Assembly (NCBI GenBank): GCA_002269645.1
Contig: NIVC01005032.1
Coordinates: forward strand, 1-28,172
Direction: 5' to 3'
Length of the DNA: 28,172 nt
Origin: Macrostomum lignano
Taxonomy: Eukaryota
The translations under genes were made by a program, and so were the position numbers. Each line of letters starts with the position of its first letter. Positions within the stretch are counted from its first letter, which is position 1. The notes beneath the pieces were generated by a model. That model was not told where the DNA came from, searched no databases, and saw nothing but the letters and a program-made list of their open reading frames with translations. Shown here piece after piece: positions 1 through 10,426 of this stretch.

Positions 1-1384
1 CTGAGCGTCAAGAGCAACCTCGACGCTCTCTACAAAATCCTGGGCAGAGCCTGCCGCATGACTATGGGCGCTCCACCCTCTACTCCTTTTGAAGGCATGA
101 ATGCCTTCCTCTGTGCCCCTCCTCTGGATATTTATATCAAAGGAGAGGCGGCGAAAGAGCACCCGGCGTCTTCTGGATGCTGGGGTGGCCTTCAAGAAAG
201 TGCAGGCCTTTAAGAATCGTCGCTTCACTCTGACCTCTGCCTCAAGGCTCTCGAGGAGTGTGGCGGGCTCAACATCCTCACGGACTCGATCCCAGCCACC
301 CTTATCCTGAGCGAAAGGTAAGGTCACTATTCAGCTCGACACGAGGCGGGTGACAGCTGGAGCGATTCTGAAGTCCACTGATACACTGACGCCTCTATGA
401 GGCATGGTCTTTCAGGCTTCGGAGATTGCGTCTTCTTCAAGGGAGAAGTGGTGTGGAGCTACTCCAGCACACTGGCTCAACTCCAGTGTATTTCAGAGCG
501 AGGTGCTTGCCATCAGCTCATGCATGCGCGGCAGAGCTGCACCGAAGGCAGCTCAGCGGTCGGAAATTTACTTTTCACTCTGACAGCCAAGCAGCCCTTC
601 GGCCCTCTGCCGCAGCACACCAGCTCCAGGTCCGTCCTGGACTGCAACACCCAGCTCAACGGGCTTGCGCTAGGCAACCAGGTGGAGCTCAGATGGATCC
701 CGGGCCACGCCGGCTTCCTCGGCAACGAGCGCGCTGACCTGCTGGCTAAGGCTGGCTCCGCTGGCGCGCTGCTGGGGCCGGGCCCGGGAGCCCCCATCCC
801 CGCCTCGGTGATCAACTCCCGCGTTAACCGCTGGGCTGATTCCGAGCATCTCCGCAGGTGGCACGACACCCGGAATTGTAGGCAATCCCGTGCGGCCGTC
901 CCCTGCCCCTCCCCTCTCCTGCGTAGAGCCCTCCTCAGGCTCAACCGCAGAGACCTCAGAGCAGTTAGCATGGCCCTCTCCGGGCATGGCTGCTTCTCTC
1001 GCCACCGCTTCCTTCAGGGCCATGTACCCAAGGAGCGGTGCCCTTCTGCCGCTCAGGCAGTGAAAACGCCGAGCACTTTATCTGCCACTGCCCGGTTTTC
1101 ACCAGGGCCAGGCTCACTCACCTCGGGCCAAACCCGGTTCTCTCCGACGTTTGCAGGCCCGAGAGCATCCCGCCGCTCGTCCGGTACCTCAGGGACACGC
1201 ATGGGTCGAGCTGAGTTCTTCCCCACCGCCGGTGAGGAGGACCGCGCTGCAGGCGAGACCGACGGGTTCCCCTGAGCGACATCGCTTCCTCGGAAGCCAT
1301 TGGTCGCCAGGGCTAGCGGAATGGGCGGTCTCCTCCGCCCCCTCGCTGCATCCGCCGGACGTCCCCTGCAGCTAAGTCAAGTCA
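1..1384 (+). mobile_element. Decayed 3' part of an RNase H-containing non-LTR retrotransposon (LOA/I-group-like): end of RT connection region, RNase H, C-terminal CCHC knuckle, 3' UTR, (AAGTC)n tail
   Basis: Across several frameshifts: LGRACRMTMGAPPSTP..LCAPPLDIYIKGEAAK (RT C-terminal region), YTDAS (382-396), VFQSEVLAI, HSDSQAAL, WIPGHAGFLGNERADLLAKAG (all four RNase H acidic residues present), CPFCRSGSENAEHFICHC knuckle. 3' hairpin GGGCGG/CCGCCC at 1323-1340, AAGTCAAGTCA at 1374-1384. In-frame stop just before YTD. Truncated by the window start. Confidence 0.9.
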
Positions 1385-1651
1385 GCACGCTTTACACCTT
1401 GGGTAGTCAAAGTCAAGTCAAATTTTCATTTTTACATTGGTTTTATATTTTATAAAGCCTAAAGTTGTAAATACTCTCATAAGTGGCATTAGCTGAACTT
1501 TTTGTTTTGTTCAGCTTCCTAAATCAAGCAGAGCATTTTTTTAAGAAATTGGACAACAAAAAATTACACGATCTTTGAGTTTTACGTCCGGTGTTATACT
1601 ACAGAGCTCCTTGGTGTCAGGATTTTACGAGCTATTCTGGCAACTTGAAAA

Positions 1652-1747
1652 GGGGTTGTAGCGAAGAGGTTATAGCCTGATGGTTGAAGAGTCGGATTTA
1701 AGACTAAAAGGTCGAGGGTTCGATTCCAGACCCACTCGGGACAATTT
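1652..1747 (+). mobile_element. tRNA-like head of SINE family A (body apparently displaced to 2599)
   Basis: A-box-like TAGCCTGATGG, B-box GGTTCGATTCC, then CCCACTCGGGACAATTT, matching the heads of the copies at 10415 and 12852. Confidence 0.8.
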
Positions 1748-2515
1748 CTTTAGAATATCAGTCATTATTAAAATTCTACTGTAAGTAGAGTAACGCAAAC
1801 ACGCGCACCTAAACAAAAACTTTGAATAATTTTACTATTCATAACGTTAGAGATGAATCATGATTTATTTGATAGTGTAACCAATGAATCACGGCCCCAA
1901 AAAAAGTAATACGGTATCTCCACTTCTATTGTATAAGCGAAAGTTCTATTAAGTGTCAAAAGGTCAAATTCCTTAGATTTGACAGTTTCACCCTATCAAT
2001 CTAAACCAGAATAAACCGTTTTTTTTGCAAAATTTGTGTATAAATACAAACGCTCTGGGGGCCTAAAAACGTCAGACTCGGAGCAGTACCAATGAGAAGG
2101 ACATCGTCGGGGACATCCGTGCCGTTTGGTAAGTTTTACGTCTACTTCTAAGTGACTGGATAGGATCATTTGGGCCGATTCCCATACTCTTGACGATTAT
2201 TGACTTTAGATTATTGATTGACTTTTGATACCCTAGAGTAACGGATAGTGGCACACGACTCCGATTCCGTTATTTCTAGAAGGCACCCTTTCTGAAGTTA
2301 ACGCCGACGAATTTTGGTTGTTTCGTACACTATTCGTAAAGTAGTTCTCGCACACGGCAAACTTAATGAACTCAGGGGGAAAACAACGCTAAGAAGACTA
2401 CGCCAGTACTATAAGAACTATAGAAGAGGAGCCCGCGACAGTAAATGATCACACAATTTTGTTCCCAGAATTACGGTCTGGAAGTGGAGTTTGTGCGTTT
2501 AAAACTAGACGTAAT

Positions 2516-2516
<1 letters not shown>

Positions 2517-2557
<41 letters not shown>
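2517..2557. repeat. (CT)n microsatellite
   Basis: About 20 consecutive CT units. Confidence 0.95.
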
Positions 2558-2563
<6 letters not shown>

Positions 2564-2598
2564 TTCCTCTCTCCCTAGTGTGCTAAAACGAACTCTTC

Positions 2599-2807
2599 AT
2601 TTGTGTCCATGAGCAAGACACTTAACTCTGCATTGCTTCAGTTTAACAGCTGTAAAATGGGTAGCCAGCATTAGCAGGAGTAATTGAGGCTGTGTGTGGT
2701 GACCCCCCCTCCCAGTCCTTAGACTGAACAGCCGTACGCAGCCTTCAGAAGTGCCACGCAATAGCTGCGGCTGAGCTGACTAAGGTTGCACATCTGCCCA
2801 ATTAGGC
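2599..2807 (+). mobile_element. SINE family A body (CORE-like centre plus 3' region), headless
   Basis: GTGTCCATGAGCAAGACACTTAACTCTGCATTGCTTCAG..CTGTAAAATGGG and GACTGAACAGCCGTACGCAGCCTTCAG shared with the copies at 5359, 10415 and 12852. Confidence 0.9.
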
Positions 2808-2857
2808 ATTAAGGGAGCATTCTGCCAAGAATCACAAAAAATGCTCACACAACTCAC

Positions 2858-3268
2858 GAATCGGTGGTGTACAGTCCGGGAATGAAGTCCTTTCCGATGA
2901 CGAACACCGCGCACAGCACGGATGCCACGCAGAGCAGGCAGCAGATGCCGGCCTTCCAGGCCAGCCGAGCACCCGGTCCGTTGTTGGCGCCCAGGTTTTG
3001 GCCAACCCGGATGTTCACAGCGACACCGAAGCCCAAGACGCACTGTATTTGAAAGTAGGGGGTTGGATTTAGGCTTGATTCATAGAGCATCGAGTCATAA
3101 TAAAGATTAAATGTATTTACTGAAATCTACTCAGGTCAGTAAGCTGCCAATCTGAGGGAATGCATAGAGTTGGATGCATGCTCACGACTGACTCTCTCAA
3201 CCTAAAAGCCAGCGTTTCAGTTTGGAACAGAATCGATTGCGCACCCAGCTCGTTTGTACTGATGATAC
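2858..3268 (-). pseudogene. Orphan MATE paralog fragment: exons equivalent to exon 8 (3201-3268) and exon 9 (2858-3042) of the intact gene
   Basis: GIISTNELGAQSILFQTETLAF and CVLGFGVAVNIRVGQNLGANNGPGARLAWKAGICC..GLYTTDS; same exon lengths (68, 185 nt) as 17342-17409 and 17057-17241. Exon-8 donor GT is TT here. No other MATE exons found nearby. Confidence 0.85.
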
Positions 3269-3331
3269 CTAAACGAAAATGGACATGCATAGGGGGTCAT
3301 AGGGAATTAGGGAAATCTGAGGGAATGCATA

Positions 3332-3574
3332 GGGGGGCGTAGCCCAGCGGTAGCGCAGCTGCTCTGGTGTGCCAGCGACCCAGGCTCGATTCCAAGTGCA
3401 GTCACATTAATTTGGGGCTGAATTGGAATCTCGGTTTGGCTCTGCTCGTGCAATTAACGGCCTTGAGAGAGATGCTCTCAGATAAGATGGCGAAATTCAA
3501 AAAGTGAGTTGCCACCTGAAATTTTTTTAGTCGGTGATTCTTTATAAGTACATAGTATCAAGTACAAAGAAGCA
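3332..3574 (+). mobile_element. tRNA-derived SINE family B, apparently full length
   Basis: Head GGGGGGCGTAGCCCAGCGG (A box) and GGCTCGATTCC (B box, 3383-3393). Middle part recurs at 24046-24099, 3' part recurs at 20411-20520. Confidence 0.7.
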
Positions 3575-3605
3575 CTTGGAAGATATTGGAATAAGATTCT
3601 GACTC

Positions 3606-4198
<593 letters not shown>

Positions 4199-4199
4199 T

Positions 4200-4275
4200 G
4201 GGAATTAACAAAGCTGGGGAATTGTAGACAGCTGGGGAATTGTAGACAGCTGGGGAATTGTAGACAAAGCTGTGG
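4200..4275. repeat. Short 18-bp tandem repeat (GGGGAATTGTAGACAGCT), about 4 copies
   Basis: Direct reading; abuts the AGAC tract. Confidence 0.85.
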
Positions 4276-4439
4276 AATTAGTATTAGACTTAGTACTGTG
4301 CTGAAGTTGGCATGGGCAAAATGCTTATCAAAAGGCAGCACTGTCACCGAAAACTTGCATGATTTTCGTCGGGTAATTTCGAAATACGCCATCCTCTTAT
4401 TATTTCCACGAAAACTTCAAAAATTTCCTGATCCTCCAG

Positions 4440-5200
4440 GACAAGATCGTTCACATTCACTGTTTTTCCCAGTGTCGCCAGCAGCTATGGTGATCTCTGA
4501 AAAGGGAGAGTTCCTAGATAACCCAGAGAGCCCAGAGATAACGCATGAGGTGATTAAGATTTCCGGTTTGCACGCTTCAGTTATAGATGTGTGTGGCCCA
4601 AGGTAAGTGAGCCTGGCTCGCATGAGGGACAGATGTTGTCAAAATGCTCAGTTGTTTCGCCGCCTGAGTGGCGAAACTGCAGATGGCGTTGGTGGCGTTG
4701 CCCTGCAGGTACTGGTGCCTCAAGAAGCAGCCGTGACCTGAGAGGGTCATGGTGGCAGCCCGGATGTCTCTGCGCGAGAGGCGCAAGAGGAGCTTCCGGA
4801 GCTGGTGAGAGGGCTGAGGGACAGCGCCTCTGGATTGCCCGCAGGTAGTGCAGTTCACCCAAGTCGAGCGGTGCTGGCTCCTGATCCACGCTTTGATGCG
4901 CGAATCGATGACACAGCCGGGAATCGGGACAATGGGTTCTGCAGGCCCGAGAGAGGAGCCGATGGCGCCAACTTTTGCAAGGGTGTCAGCCAACTTTCCC
5001 TCGGAACCCCACATGCCCAGGAACCCACTTAAGGGTAATTTTGTTGGTAGAACTCAACATGTTAAGAGGTTTGATACAGTCGAGGACTGTAGCAGAATTG
5101 ACGCTGCAGCCACTGATGGCGTGCAAGGCAACCTGGCTGTCCGAATGGAAGATGATGTTCTTACCAGTAACGCTAGTGGCAAGAAGCTGGTGAGTTCATG
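4440..5200 (-). mobile_element. 5'-truncated, decayed RNase H-containing non-LTR retrotransposon fragment (second, divergent LOA/I-like family)
   Basis: Minus strand: KNIIFHSDSQVALHAI..KITLKWVPGHVGFRG / LADTLAKVG..IDSRIKAW..LRLSRRDIRAATMTLSGHGCFLRH plus a degenerate C-x2-C..H..C knuckle; collinear with the 1-1384 element but clearly diverged. Lower boundary approximate. Confidence 0.88.
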
Positions 5201-5358
5201 GCGAGTTCGTGTTTGGAATGAATATATTTATTAGCATTCACCATCTTCACGCAGCTCAAGATGATCGATATTGTGATGAACTAGCAGTTATAATTGCGGA
5301 GAAACTTTCCCAAACACTTGTTTTGATTTATGCATCCTAGCTCGAATTTTTTTCGTCT

Positions 5359-5605
5359 AATTACACCTGCCCCAAATGGGCCAGATGTGCAACCGACAGC
5401 TCAGCCTCCAGATATTGCGCGGCGCATCTGAAGGCTGCGTACGGCTGTTCAGTCCAAGTGGGGGGTCGCCACACACACCCTCAATTACCCCAGCTAATGC
5501 TGGCACCCATTTTACAGCTGGGTGAACTGAAGCAATGCAGAGTTAAGTGTCTTGCCCAAGGACACAAATTGTTCCTAGTGAGTCTAGAATCGAACCCCCG
5601 ACCTT
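5359..5605 (-). mobile_element. SINE family A copy (A box missing)
   Basis: Reverse complement contains GGTTCGATTC B box, TGTGTCCTTGGGCAAGACACTTAAC..CTGTAAAATGGG core and the 3' hairpin region. Confidence 0.92.
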
Positions 5606-6065
5606 TCCCCTTAAAAACCCCCTTACTTCTAATTAAGTAGTCCGTGAGTGTACAGCGGACATGACTTTCTACTCGTCAGACATGTATGTACACTCTAATT
5701 GTGACTCAGGTCAAGGACTACTTAACAAGTGTTGTTAAGTAGTCCTTGACTCACTCAGGTGTTGGCCCTAATGGGTGCGAATCGCCCGGGCCGATTTTCG
5801 AGCACGAGTCCCAAAAGAATGTGGCCGCCAAATCACGGTACTGAGAAGTCTGGTTTAGAAACTTTCTTAAAACATGAGTAAGAAAGCTAAGAAGGTAATG
5901 TACAAAGCACGAAGAGAGGCATGAACATGGATGAATGAATAGATCCATGGGCATGAAGTACTCGTTCATCCAAAATGGCAACTCACCCAACTGATCTCAC
6001 CATATCGCATTTAAAGCAAGTGAGTCTATTTTTTCTCTTGGCAACAAGCAGCACCGGCAACAAGC

Positions 6066-6803
6066 ATGCATGAAATTGACAGCCTTCTGGCCTGCTTTGC
6101 AATTGCCTCACTGCTGAGCCCTGCTCTGGGCAGCCAGTCCTGCTCTCTGAGATTCACTCCCATCAACGGCTCCCTGTGCATCAAGAGCGACTTCATTCGC
6201 AACATCACTGGAACTACATCGGAAGAGCACTGCTCTACCCTGTGTGGCCTGAGGCCGCAGTGCCAGGCCTTCAGCCTGTCGAACGGTCCCTGCCAGCTGT
6301 TCGAGTTCAACAGGTGCAGCAAGTCTGTGAGGGACTGCGGCTGCACGAGACGAGGCCGGGTGTTCGTGAGGCAGCAGCCGGGACTGCCAGCGGGACTGCT
6401 GTGTCCGCCCGGATACGGAGACGACCTCTGCGGAGTCAAGTACAGGGAGCACAGCGGTTCATGGGACATGATAAAGTCGATATGCGAGTCGGAGAGCGGT
6501 CTGGTGATCATGGCGGACGTGACGAGCAGCTCAGAGATGAGCCACGTGGAGTCGCTTCGTCGTGGTAACAATTTGTGGCTCGGCGGTTTCCAGCCGGCTG
6601 GCAGCGCGGAGCCTGATGGCGGCTGGTACTGGGTCGGCTGCAACAACACCGTGGACGCCAGTCTGTGGGGCACTGACGAGCCCAGCGACTACAATTCGAA
6701 TCAGTTCTTGATCGCTGCCTATAAGGAAAGAGACAGCCTGTCCGATATGGGTTCGGGCAGCGGCAGTCGCGGTCTCTGTGAGTGCATCTCTCCATTCAAC
6801 TGA
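6066..6803 (+). CDS. Secreted PAN/apple-domain plus C-type lectin-like domain protein, 245 aa, intronless CDS
   Basis: Hydrophobic N-terminus (about residues 1-22); PAN-type CSTLCGLRPQCQAFSLSNGPCQL; Cys-rich linker; CTLD motifs SWDMIKSICES, LWLGG, GWYW, LWGTDEPSD, terminal GLCEC; GC-rich unbroken ORF. Confidence 0.88.
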   Translation: MHEIDSLLACFAIASLLSPALGSQSCSLRFTPINGSLCIKSDFIRNITGTTSEEHCSTLCGLRPQCQAFSLSNGPCQLFEFNRCSKSVRDCGCTRRGRVFVRQQPGLPAGLLCPPGYGDDLCGVKYREHSGSWDMIKSICESESGLVIMADVTSSSEMSHVESLRRGNNLWLGGFQPAGSAEPDGGWYWVGCNNTVDASLWGTDEPSDYNSNQFLIAAYKERDSLSDMGSGSGSRGLCECISPFN

Positions 6804-7498
6804 GCTAAACAAGAGCCTGGTCGCTTGAAAACTTATTCCCATTCTAACGATAAGTGGGAGAATTGTATTGAGAGGACGTATACAGTTGCAAAAATATCAC
6901 CATGGGATTTCAATTTGTTGCAAAATCTTGTGACCAGAGTGAGTCCGCAGACAGGAACTTTAGTTTGTTTTTGTTTGGTTCCTACAGCGCGTGGTGTAAA
7001 ATTTTACTTTTCATTTTCTAAACATTTTCCTCGCTGTTTACTCTTTAACAAAAGTGCCTGTTTTACTAAAAGTACCACCTTGCTGTTTTGTGTTTTGCGT
7101 ATGAAAACCTTAAACTTTGTTAAGCCACTTCTGCTCTCTGAGGCTTTCCTGGGAATTCTGATTGTCATTCAGCCTCCAACTGCCCTGGCCTTATCTTTAG
7201 AAATTTTCTTCGCTGGCTTTTGCTGCTCAGCCTCTCTGTCTGCTTTGAGGCTGCCGCTAGCTTAAGGCTTTCCGGGTTGAAGAGAAGCGCGGAAATGTAT
7301 GCTAAAAGAAAAAAGCTGGGAAGCTCAAATTCAACTCTGAGACAGAATGCTTTATTTTCAAGGCTTTTTAAAGCTTTTTCTATGGAAGCCTCAGCCACTA
7401 GGAAAATATATATTTTATGCAGTCACAATCTCATAAACATATTTATACTCTCCTGACCTCTGTTAATCTGTTATTTTACAAAATTATTTTAATTCTTG

Positions 7499-9707
7499 TG
7501 ATGTAACCGCCCTTGTCGCCTGCCCGCTCCGTAGAGAGACGAACGCATGACTAGAGGGGGCAATGACCGTAGGCTGCCTATGACCGGGCAACGACCTGAC
7601 GGACCTCCAGCACCAGACTGTCCCGCCCACATGATTAGTAGCTTTTGGTAGCGCTTCGTGACCAGAGGGCCAAGGACCCACATGGACCCCACCTGTAGCC
7701 AAGGTGCAATAGTTGGTCACTCGGTCATGGTATGACCGAGTGGCTGCCACCACTCTATGTGACCTGGCGCACCTGGATCTTTCTACCAGACCTCTCAAGG
7801 CTAGAGCCCCGCCTGGATTGGTTACCAGGGGATTTAGGCTAACAGGGGAGACGCATGCAGCCGAGTACAGGGACTCTGCTTGGGGCATGATCGGGAACTC
7901 TGGGCTCAATCCTGGAGGATTTCTCAGCAGGGGATCCTTTGTGGCTGTGAGCGAGGCTTACTTGCGACTTTGATTACTAAGAGTAGTATGAGGCGAACAT
8001 GTACTGTCTCAGTTTAGATTGCTCAGGGCGAAGGGACGCGTCAGCATGGGGTTGCAACCTTCCTACTGCCATTCTGTGCCAAGACTCGCTAATCCCTCTA
8101 CTGCACGCACACGCGGCCCCGCAGCACGCACTCACAGGCGGGCTTTGCACGGGGAGAGGCCATTAGCTTACCCAAACTCCCTTATGCTTTGCCACCCCGG
8201 GAGAAAGGCTTAGCAAGCCATGAGTGAAATGATGGTGAAAGATTGAATAATGATGAAGTTAGTTAATAGTTAATAATTAGGCCCTTAGGCGAATAATCAG
8301 GCAATTAGGCGGCTTCACTATTGAGTAAAATACAGCAAAAGATACGGTATCACAATTGGCTCAGCTCTCTAATCAGACAATGGAAAATAGGCAAACCCCG
8401 GATAAGCAAAGGCAATTAGAGCACAAATTAGTAACAGGAACTTACCGGCAGCTGCACAGAGAGAGAGAGAGGCGGAGTGACCGAGGGCGGCTGTAGGCTG
8501 CAGTCAGGCAGACAGTGAAGCGGCGATGCGCTGGAGCGACGAGGCGCTGATGTAGATCAGGCGATGCTGATGATGCTGGGCGGTATCAGACCGCTGGCCG
8601 ATAGGCGAGCTCACTTGGGGAGCTAAGGATAACTTGGCGGTAACAGACCGCGGACCGGCAGGGATTCGTCTTATAGACGAATGGGTCAGAACTCAATCTG
8701 ACTGCAAGTCCAAAGAAGGACGAGGAGAGGAGAAAGGTTGAGGATTCTCATGCCGAAATCGCTTCCTTTTATAGACCTCACAGCCGCCTCCTCAAGGTCG
8801 TTACCATGGCTCCCTCTCTCTGATTGGCTGCCGGCAGAATGACGTCAGAATGAGTCATGATGAGAAGCATGAGACCGGCATAGCAACATGAGAAATAGGG
8901 AAATTGCGCAATCCGGAGGTGGGGTGGGGGGATAATTGGCGCAGCGGGTGGTCGCGAAAGTGTTGCGCAAGCAAACATTGAGAACAATAGGGCTGGGGTC
9001 GAGAACAAAGGAATTGGAAATCGGGGATAATTGGGGAAAACTGAGAACAATGGAAAAGTAAACATTGGAGAAAGGTGATAATTAGGTGCGAAAACGAGAA
9101 CAAAAGAAAGAGAAAATCGGAGAAAATGTGATAATTGGTGGGGTCGAGAGAACAAAAGAAGCAAAAACGAGAACAATAGAAGCGGAGGTGGGGTGGGTGT
9201 CGCATGAGAAATTTGGGGAGGAGAACAATGGCGTGAGAAAAGGTTGCGCAAGAGAGGGGGATGAGTCATCGATGAGTCATCGGGGGGAAGAAGGGGTCAC
9301 ACGACTTGCGTCACCGTTTGGGAGTTTGGGAGGGGATGGGGAGACGGTGAGCACACAAAATACTGTAAGTAGACACAGAGAAGGAGGGGGGCAGCGCAGG
9401 AAAAGAGTGCAGAGGGAGACAAAAAAAAGAGAGGAGATAGAGAAAGTACAGGAAGAATAGGGCGGAAACAGAAGAGATAAGGTAGAGGGGGAGGTACAGA
9501 AAGGGGTAGGGGGCTCCGGAAAGGCAGGTGTGGCGGCAGGAGAGACGGGACCAAGGCAGCAGGAGGGGTGCAGCAGAGCGGGAGTCTCCAGGCCCGGTCG
9601 GAGGCCTGGCCGAGTCTCGACAGCTCTGTGCAGAGGGTGCACGGGATAGGAGGCACTTTCGAAAAAGTTCCCATGCCCTATCCCGCGACCAGAGCGTGGT
9701 TACATCA
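7499..9707 (-). mobile_element. Solo LTR (Ty3/Gypsy-like), 2209 bp
   Basis: TG...CA ends with 10-bp terminal inverted repeat TGATGTAACC/GGTTACATCA and perfect 4-bp TSD CTTG (7495-7498, 9708-9711). No second LTR, PBS or gag/pol seen. Orientation inferred from TATAAAAG (8766-8773) and CCAAT (8823-8827) on the minus strand. Confidence 0.78.
8766..9279 (-). promoter_or_regulatory. Putative LTR U3 promoter/enhancer: TATA, CCAAT, CRE, 3 AP-1, 3 C/EBP palindromes
   Basis: TATAAAAG 8766-8773; CCAAT 8823-8827; TGACGTCA 8840-8847; TGAGTCA 8851, 9262, 9273; TTGCGCAA 8904, 8963, 9244. Confidence 0.6.
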
Positions 9708-9855
9708 CTTGATTCTGTAAGTTACGAGTCTGGTCCAAATTTACGTAGTTGAAACAAGTATACAAAATCGCTTGAATATTTATTTCTAGAACTGTCAACG
9801 CAACGAAGTGTTTGGCTTTAAATACTCATTGTAACTTCAACAAAAACTGGATATC

Positions 9856-10426
9856 TAGTGGTGGGTTGTAGCCTAGGGGTGCGATGTAGTCTAGGGTGGG
9901 TTGTAGCCTAGGGTGGGTTGTAGCCTAGGGTGGGTTGTAGCCTAGGGCAGGGGCGTAGCCAGGAATTTTGATTGGGGGGGGCCGTGAGTTAGGGGGCGCC
10001 AGCTTCTTATAGGAGGGGCGCCAGTTTCGTTTAGGGGGGGGCGCCAGTTTCTTTTAGGGGGACGCCAGTTTCTTTTAGGGGCCGCCAGTTTCTTTTAGGA
10101 GGGGGGCGCCAGTTTCTTTTAGGACGGGGGGGCGCCAGTTTCTTTTAGGGGGCGCCAGTTTCTTATAGGGGGCGCCAGTTTCTTTTAGGGGGGGGCGCCA
10201 GTTTCTTTTAGGGGGGGCGCCAGTTTCTTATAGGGGGGGGGGCGCCAGTTTCTTTTAGGGGGGGCGCCAGTTTCTTATAGGGGGGGGCGCCAGTTTCTTT
10301 TAGGGGGAGGGGGGCGCCAAGGCCAGAGTTGGTGATTATGGGGGGGCCACGGCCCCCCTTGCCCCCCCCCCTCTGGCTACGCCCCTGGCCTAGGGGTGGG
10401 TTGTAGCCTAGGGGTGGGTTGTAGCC
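9856..10426 (+). repeat. 17-18-bp tandem repeat (TAGGGTGGGTTGTAGCC), 7 units, derived from the 5' end of the adjacent SINE A and split by a MITE
   Basis: Five units at 9856-9942, two at 10391-10426; the last unit runs directly into the SINE head TAAGTGATAGAGCG. Confidence 0.85.
9948..10387. mobile_element. hAT-type non-autonomous element (MITE), 440 bp, with internal G-rich tandem repeat GGGGGGCGCCAGTTTCTTTTA
   Basis: 15-bp TIR CAGGGGCGTAGCCAG / CTGGCTACGCCCCTG; 8-bp flanking duplication GCCTAGGG (9940-9947, 10388-10395). The flanks are within a tandem repeat, so the TSD is less diagnostic than usual. Confidence 0.85.

Noticed and set aside
2076-2128. Possible plus-strand exon with TG|GTAAGT donor (TRSSTNEKDIVGDIRAV)
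   Set aside because: Acceptor lacks a pyrimidine tract, no recognisable homology, no partner exons.
6825-7456. ORFs of 77-146 aa downstream of the lectin
   Set aside because: Non-ATG starts in AT-rich 3' flank; no recognisable domains.
8778-9752. Several 74-163-aa ORFs inside the LTR
   Set aside because: Low-complexity translations of purine-rich U3 sequence; no gag, pol or env motifs.
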